A stretch of 59,508 nucleotides of DNA, the filler included, from Platydemus manokwari (lineage: Eukaryota): NCBI GenBank assembly GCA_037951405.1. It is 5 parts of 5 records of this genome, joined end to end, with 100 filler letters (N's around TTAATTAATTAA, not from the genome) between each part and the next. Parts side by side here need not be neighbours in the genome. Positions count along the whole stretch, not along the records: positions 47,673 to 59,508 come from JBBMOY010443332.1; 4 more parts are not named here. One strand, given 5' to 3'. Below are positions 53,001-59,508 of the stretch, in pieces. Under the pieces are notes generated by a model. The model did not search any database and was not told where the DNA came from. It worked only from the letters and a program-made list of their open reading frames with translations. The position numbers were made by a program, and so were the translations under genes. Positions within the stretch are counted from its first letter, which is position 1; each line of letters starts with the position of its first letter.

Positions 53001-56000
53001 ACTGCAAAAATATTTAAGAAATTTCCTAAATAATTTTCGAGATAAGCTATAATAAAACAAATAATTTACATTTTAAATTAACACGTCTAAAAATTTCAAT
53101 TGAAATAATTCTATTTGATCGACAACATGAATCAATAGAAAAGCACATAAATGTAATTATATGAAATGATAAGGCTTAGATGTCAAAAATTATTACATTG
53201 ACTGTTTGAGAAAATAAATATTCATTGAATCGATCAATAATATGCTCACCAGCATTGAGATATAAATTTCTACGATGAAAATCTTTTTTGATATATTATT
53301 ATTTAAAGAACATTCAGTGAGAGATCTGTTTTTAATTTGATGATGAATCAGTATGTGAGGATATTAAATTGGATAAAATTTTTGAAGATTTGATTCTGTG
53401 TAGAATTTGAATTTGTATAAAATTTAAGTTTTTATAGAATTTAATTTCATAAAATAAATTTATTTGTTTATGTAATTGCATTGAAATACATAATTTGTTG
53501 TTGTGCCTTTTTAGTTCGTTTTCAAAGTATTTTTTATAACGTACTAGCGGCTTACACAATGTATTATGAAAATATCTATGTTATAATCATAATAATGATT
53601 ATAGTCTATAATTAATAGTAATTTTACGTTATAATTAATAAAAATATCAATATTGATTATTATAATGATTTTCATAGATAATCAAATAAATATATTTCAC
53701 AATCTTAAATTTATTTAGAAATATGATGATGAGTCCGGAAATGCAATTATAAAATGGCAAAATGATAGTCAAAGATTTAATAAACGTAATATATTATATA
53801 TAATAATACTATTATTTTATATTTTTTTCTGGAAAACCAATAATATTCAAATAGTATTATTGTAGGAATTTAAAAAAATTGTGTTTTAATGAATTCAATA
53901 GCTTTAATCTACAAAAAAGGGAAAACTTTGTCAAAAATACTAAATTTCGGTCTTAAACTTTAAAAAATGTGATTGTAATTCCTCTAACACCAATATAATA
54001 GCGACAAAACTTGAATTATAAATTGATAGCCACGCCACTGCTTTAATAATAATGACAATAAATTCATATATAAATTAATTCTCCGAGGGGAAATCTCGAA
54101 GAAATGTTGAGGAAACTTTCTACGATAAAACTAATTTATTTTTATTGTAGAAAATAAAATTTCGAACGAAGATACTGATGCACGAAAGTACTGATTTCCG
54201 TTTCTTAGATACGACAGAGAAACACTCTTAATAAATTGAGGAGAGCTATTTTAAGAAACATCCCAACCAAAATTGATCAATGGAAAGGAAAGAACTCGTG
54301 ACAAATTGATATAAATATTATTTATTAAGTATCAAGTAAAAGACCAAATGCTTATTTTCAATTAATATATTTAGTGTTTTATCTAATACTTCTAATATGA
54401 ATTTATGAACCAATCTATGTTGACATCTAAGGTTTATTACCAGCTTAACTATAAATTCGATAAATGATAGTATCTAACTATACTTAATTCACAGACTTGT
54501 CAAGGTGGTGAGAAGTGAATATATATTCAAATATATTCTTCCAGACACATATTAGAAAGATTTGAAACAGTAAATAATCCAACTAAACATCGTTTAATAC
54601 GAATATCAATTTCCAAACAAAATCAAATATTATTTTGTGATTAAGGTTAATATAAGTATCAGTTCCTGTAAACACCGATATTTCGGCAGGAACGTTATTT
54701 TTCACAGAGTAAGAAAATAATGCAAACATATTGAAAAAATATCAATAAAATAAGTATATTATTCTTTCGAAGGTTATACTTTTATTACTCAATGAATAAA
54801 GTAATTTCAATACATCTTTCACATTAATAATAAAACATTAATATAAAAATAACTAATAAGAATAATAATAACCAATAAAAAATATACAAAGATAATATAA
54901 TAGCCATATTAACTAATCCAAAAATAATAATAGAAAGAATTAATAAAATAAATAAAAATTGATAGTGGTAATTATAATGATAATAAAACCAATTATATTT
55001 ATAATTATCATTATGATAAACCTTGGATGTCACCATAGTATTTGTAATCCGTTGCTATTTTAAAAACCACACATTAAAAACGAACTGAAAAGTCAGGCCA
55101 CCCAACTATATTTTAATACAATTATATAAACAAATTAACTTGATTTTATACAAGATAAATTTTTATAAAAATCAAATTTCATACAAATTTAAGCTCTAAA
55201 ATTTCTATTTCAATTTATTTTTCTCATATCCTCCTTTAAAATCTTCGATTTTCTTGTTATTGTTAATTGACATTGTCACCATATAAGCCGCTACTATTTT
55301 AAAACCACACATTAATAACGAAGTGAAACGTCACACCACTAAACTATATTTAAATACAATTATATAAACAAATCAATTCGATTTTATACAAAATAAAATC
55401 TTTAAAATTTTTAATTCAATTTAAAATGCTCACAGTGTTGATCAAAAATATTAATATATCGATAAGTATTTCATAAAAGACTGCATTTCATTTCAGTGAA
55501 TCAATATTTCGATTAAGTCTTAGTCATTTATAGATTCATTGAAAATAAAATCTAGATATTTGTCCAATGGTTTTCAAACGTGTGATTCATAAGTCTCCTT
55601 ATCTAAAACTAAAATAAAACAACATGAAGAACAAACTAAATGTAATGAAACTACTTTAATGCACAGCAAAATACAGTAAAAACAAATAACTGTAAATAAT
55701 AAGCAATTCCATAGCAACTGTTCAAAATGTTCACCAAATAGAGATTGCATCGTTTCCTGAAGCTTGGAATAACATTTACGGACGACTTCTTGATTGATGT
55801 TTTAATTCATGTGAAATTGCTTCTTCAAGTTCGTTGTATAATTGTTATGGATTGCATAAACTCGAGCTATGGTATAGCTCCATGTCCAAAAGTCCAATAT
55901 CGTGAGGTCTGGGGATCGTGGTGGCCATTCTTTTGGTCCTCAACGACCAACTCACAGCTGTGGAAAATGTTATTAAGAAATTATTAAGAAATAAAGTACA

Positions 56001-57647
56001 TTAATCAGTGAATAATAATTAATATCAATGGATATAAATATTATTGTGTTTTGTTGTTTTATTTTAGTTTTAGAGGCAGAGACTTATGAATCGCACAGTA
56101 TATTGATTAATCGATCGATATCAATAAATAACCACAAATAATTGCAACTATATTAATATTAATAAATAATAATAAATTGAAAATAATAATAAATTAAAAT
56201 TAGTAATAACTATAAATAAATAACAATAATAATTATAAACATCAAAAAATAATCTTAATAAATATTGAAAAAAATGAATAATAATAATAATAAATAAATT
56301 ACCATTAGGATTATTCAAGATATTGACATATGCTAGAATGGATTCTTTGAATATTTCATCCTGAGCTCTGTCACCCAATAAACTGATGACTCCTCGATTA
56401 TTAGCGACAATCGATCGATAATTCAGGTCAGATCGCCATTTCCAATAATTGGATTTTTTTTGCTGAATCTGTAATGAATTATTATTTTCAGACAACATCT
56501 CCATGACAACCGAAGAATGAGTAATATTTCACTGTATTAATAATTGTCGACAGCAATAACAAGATATTTAATGAATTAATGGAAAATTATAAAAAACCAA
56601 GTGAATATTTCAGACGAATAAAATCGTATATCGAACTCACCACATGCCAATTGAGAAAGCCAACCCCTCCTGATAGAATTGCCAATGATGTGGCCAACTG
56701 ATGACTGGATGCTAGCAACCATCCAGAATCTATCGAAGCAACCGGTAACATCCAATGTGTACCCAATCCGATTGCTAACATTGCACTTGTGCTCAGCAAA
56801 ATATTCTGATCGAATTTCGATTTACAAATCTCGACTTGAGGCATCGTGTGAATCAATTCACCCTCCGATATATCTTTAAACATTTTCAATTCGATCTTGT
56901 TGGAATTTTTCGATCGAACAGCGATTGCCACTCGCCTAAATCAAATCGAGTATTACACACATATAAATTATTTTTCGGCGAACATCTCGCCAAACAATGA
57001 CGAGCACCACCTGTAGTTATCACCTTCCACGAATGGGTTGTTGACAAATGACAGAAATGGAAAATATTTATCAACGATCATATTGACGAGATTTTTTCCC
57101 GACGAATTTTCTCGGCCCAGCAACCAAACTTTGAGCATTTCGTATTTATTAGTATCAATGAACACCTTGCAACACAATAATTATCACCGGCAAAATCACG
57201 AGACAACCTGCACAGAACTGTATCCGCCATGTTTCTTTAACCATCGGGCGAGATCAGATTGATTCATTTCTTTAAAATTTGCCAACTCAAACAATCGGCC
57301 CAATTTTTGCATAAACCAAAATTCATCGTCGAGAATTTGTCGCCGAGAAATCGTCCACCTAACACCGCCTGAAAGCACTTCAACGTCGGGATTTAGGTGT
57401 TCATAACCGGTCTGATAAAATAATAATTCCATTCATTCGCATCGATATCATTAGGGTTTACTTTAATTTCCTTGAGGAAAAAAAAGTTTCGATTGGTAAT
57501 ACAAGCGTCCAAATATCTACAAAAATCTTCAAAAAGCGACTGATTTATCTTTGTGACATGATTATTATCTTGGGATAATTTCCGTATGATGGTACTGCGC
57601 GCCAAAGGAATAAATTGTTCTCTTATAAAATATTTTAATGAAAGCAT
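50068..57647 (-). CDS. TMEM143: Transmembrane protein 143 (DUF3754 family), 6 exons, ~451 aa
   Basis: Exons 57647-57462, 57411-57208, 57165-57011, 56935-56641, 56468-56303, 50417-50068 (1356 nt in frame). REQFIPL, YEHLNPDVEVL, ANFKEM, KVWLLGRE, ELKMFKDI, two hydrophobic helices, NNRGVISLLGDRAQDEIFKESILAY and LELDVKTWA..EALSLLRQL parallel TMEM143 (RERFIPF, YDPINPDRETL, ANF, LKSFKD, RAQDEHTKEALLA, VENWL..ALAHL). The start codon is uncertain. Confidence 0.88.
51600..52860 (+). mobile_element. Highly degenerate Ty3/gypsy pol relic inside the TMEM143 intron (antisense to host)
   Basis: KAYCVARKELL..HFKHYLLGKGFATRTDHKAL (RNase H), CSQCLTQ linker and integrase zinc-binding remnant. Same family as 19440-21602. 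Confidence 0.8.
55028..55400 (+). repeat. Two tandem diverged copies of a ~130-bp dispersed repeat
   Basis: TGTCACCATA..AAACCACACATTAA..GAA[C/G]TGAAA.GTCA..AATACAATTATATAAACAAAT at ~55028 and ~55274; third partial copy at ~41470-41530. Confidence 0.7.
55578..56098 (-). mobile_element. Internally deleted Tc1/mariner element with both TIRs and the transposase C-terminus
   Basis: TIRs ..GTGTGATTCATAAGTCTCCTTATCTAAAACTAAAATAAAACAAC (left) and the reverse complement of CTGTGCGATTCATAAGTCTCTGCCTCTAAAACTAAAATAAAA (right, TA at 56099-56100). The minus strand encodes EWPPRSPDLTILDFWTWSY. Confidence 0.85.
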
Positions 57648-59508
57648 AGAAGCGAAACAAAAAATAATAATAAAACTTCTGTGAAAATGGGCTGTTAATT
57701 GGAGAAATTCGAAGCAAACTAAAATCAATGTTCTTCGGGATTTTATAAGCTTGAGAAATCCACGATTTTAATCTATAAAATACGACTAAAATCAGTTTAC
57801 TTCAACTTGAAAATACTTTAATGGTAATTGATTTAATTTGATCATTTAAAATTTTTCAGTTGAAATTAAAAATATTCTTAAAAACCGAAAGTTTGGTAAT
57901 CTAAAATATTATTATAATAAGATAATCAAAATTTGAAAATTTTCGTATATAAGCAGAATATATTAAAACAGCAATTTCAATAACAGTAATTATCAAATTA
58001 AGCGTTAATTTATAGTCACAGAATAAGTTTGATTTTATAAAAACATATTCAAACCACGAATTATTGATTTGTTATTTGATGTTTAAGTTATTTTAACTTT
58101 AAATTCATCTTCAAATTCTCAAATTGAAAATTATTAATCCTTTTAGTTATTCAATTTATTGTCAAACTATATCGTCCCCAATACAGTAATTACCAGAATA
58201 ATTTCAACGGTGTCAATCTAAAAGAATTTCATGCCCCAGAATTTGTTGGTTGATGAAGCAAGTATTAAATTTATAATTGTACACAACATTATGTAGCGAA
58301 TTAACTATAATAATCAGGGAGTTATTTTTACTTTGAAAATCTGATATATGCATAAACTTCATTTTATAATAATAAAGTGTCAATAAAGTTTGTAACAGTT
58401 TACTATATTGAGTTCCTTATTACTAAAAACATATATAACCAATAGTAACTACTGAAAATAAAACTGAATAAAGTTGTTAGACTATTATTCTTATTAAATC
58501 ACGCTGTCTATAATCAAATATGTAATCCTTAGTAGCATATATAACAATTCATAAAATAAGAATCACAGCGATAGAATAAGCCTCAACAGAAAGTTCATAC
58601 AAAAGTAGACTCAGCATTATAAAGAAGGAAAAGATGATGAAACTTTACTCAGCATAAATGACTGATGATTTCTTCCCAGAGTTCACATGTCATATAGTGC
58701 TAACTTTGTGTGTATTGATGAATGTTTTGTGCATTGATTTTTATGTGTTTAAGATCTCTATACCTAATTATTTTGATTGGAGGTTTCTCTTTATTCTTCA
58801 AGGTAAATGGCTCATCATATAGTTCGTTATTTTCTTTGGTATATATCGATTGAAATCTAAAGTTTTAACATACATATTATACGTTTCGCTATGACTTGGT
58901 AAATTACTATGACAAATCAAAAAATGGCGACGGTAAAAATAAAATTATCTACATTGAATCATCAAACCTACAAAGCAATCAGTGCACCAGCAGAAGCAAA
59001 TCACATATTTTGACACAATAATTTCAGCTACAGAACAGTTATTGTTTTTGTCATAATCATTCACGATATTACGTACATGCACGACGCATTCCTAGGAACT
59101 GATCCAATAATTATTTAGCATCATCTTCATGGAATCTCTCAATAATAGTAAATTTTATTCATTTTATATGTTCAAAGGACGTTCTTTTTGATTTTCTACC
59201 AAAATATCTCACAAAGTCCAAAACAATTTCTCCCAGCATGAATTGATCTCCCTTAGTCTTCATATTGAAGGAGAGCACTACTTTATTCTCTCAATCGTTT
59301 ATTCATATTCTTCAGGTCTTATTTTTATTTATTAGATCGAATCTACATGCAATCTATTAATCTGGTTAGTTTTTAGATCACTTTTGAAATAATAAATTAT
59401 CATGCTATTAGCAACTTACATTAAATAAAAAGGGCAAATTGTCGATAATAAATGATTAATTTGAACTTCCATTAAAACTATCCACTTTAATAATAATTTT
59501 TATTAAAT

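Noticed and set aside
54824-55036. Hydrophobic membrane-protein-like ORF (also 9272-9508 and the tail of 2876-3160)
   Set aside because: Translations of AAT/ATT low-complexity DNA.

Overview
Very AT-rich metazoan nuclear DNA with spliceosomal introns, mostly 45-200 nt. A planarian/flatworm-like host is an inference only. The window consists of five ~11-13 kb pieces joined by identical artificial 100-nt spacers (N44-TTAATTAATTAA-N44), so adjacency across gaps is unproven. Genes rebuilt by hand: the N-terminal half of cullin-2 (+); a complete tailless/TLX (NR2E1) nuclear receptor (-) with a 19-nt micro-exon and a long D-box; an orphan ~1016-aa basic, low-complexity protein (-) with AT-hook-like motifs, a 5x internal repeat and a C-terminal CaaX box; a secreted double C-type lectin (+) needing a GC-AG intron; TMEM143/DUF3754 (-) with its last exon beyond a 5.9-kb TE-filled intron; and a partial unidentified gene at the left edge. 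The rest is decayed mobile DNA: three Ty3/gypsy pol relics, two pieces of one Tc1/mariner family, a pogo-like MITE with a triplicated left end, an LTR-like dispersed repeat, and a hairpin plus zinc-finger ORF relic. No tRNA, rRNA or CRISPR array is supported. The best novelty candidate is the CaaX protein. All homology calls are from motif recognition, not database searches.
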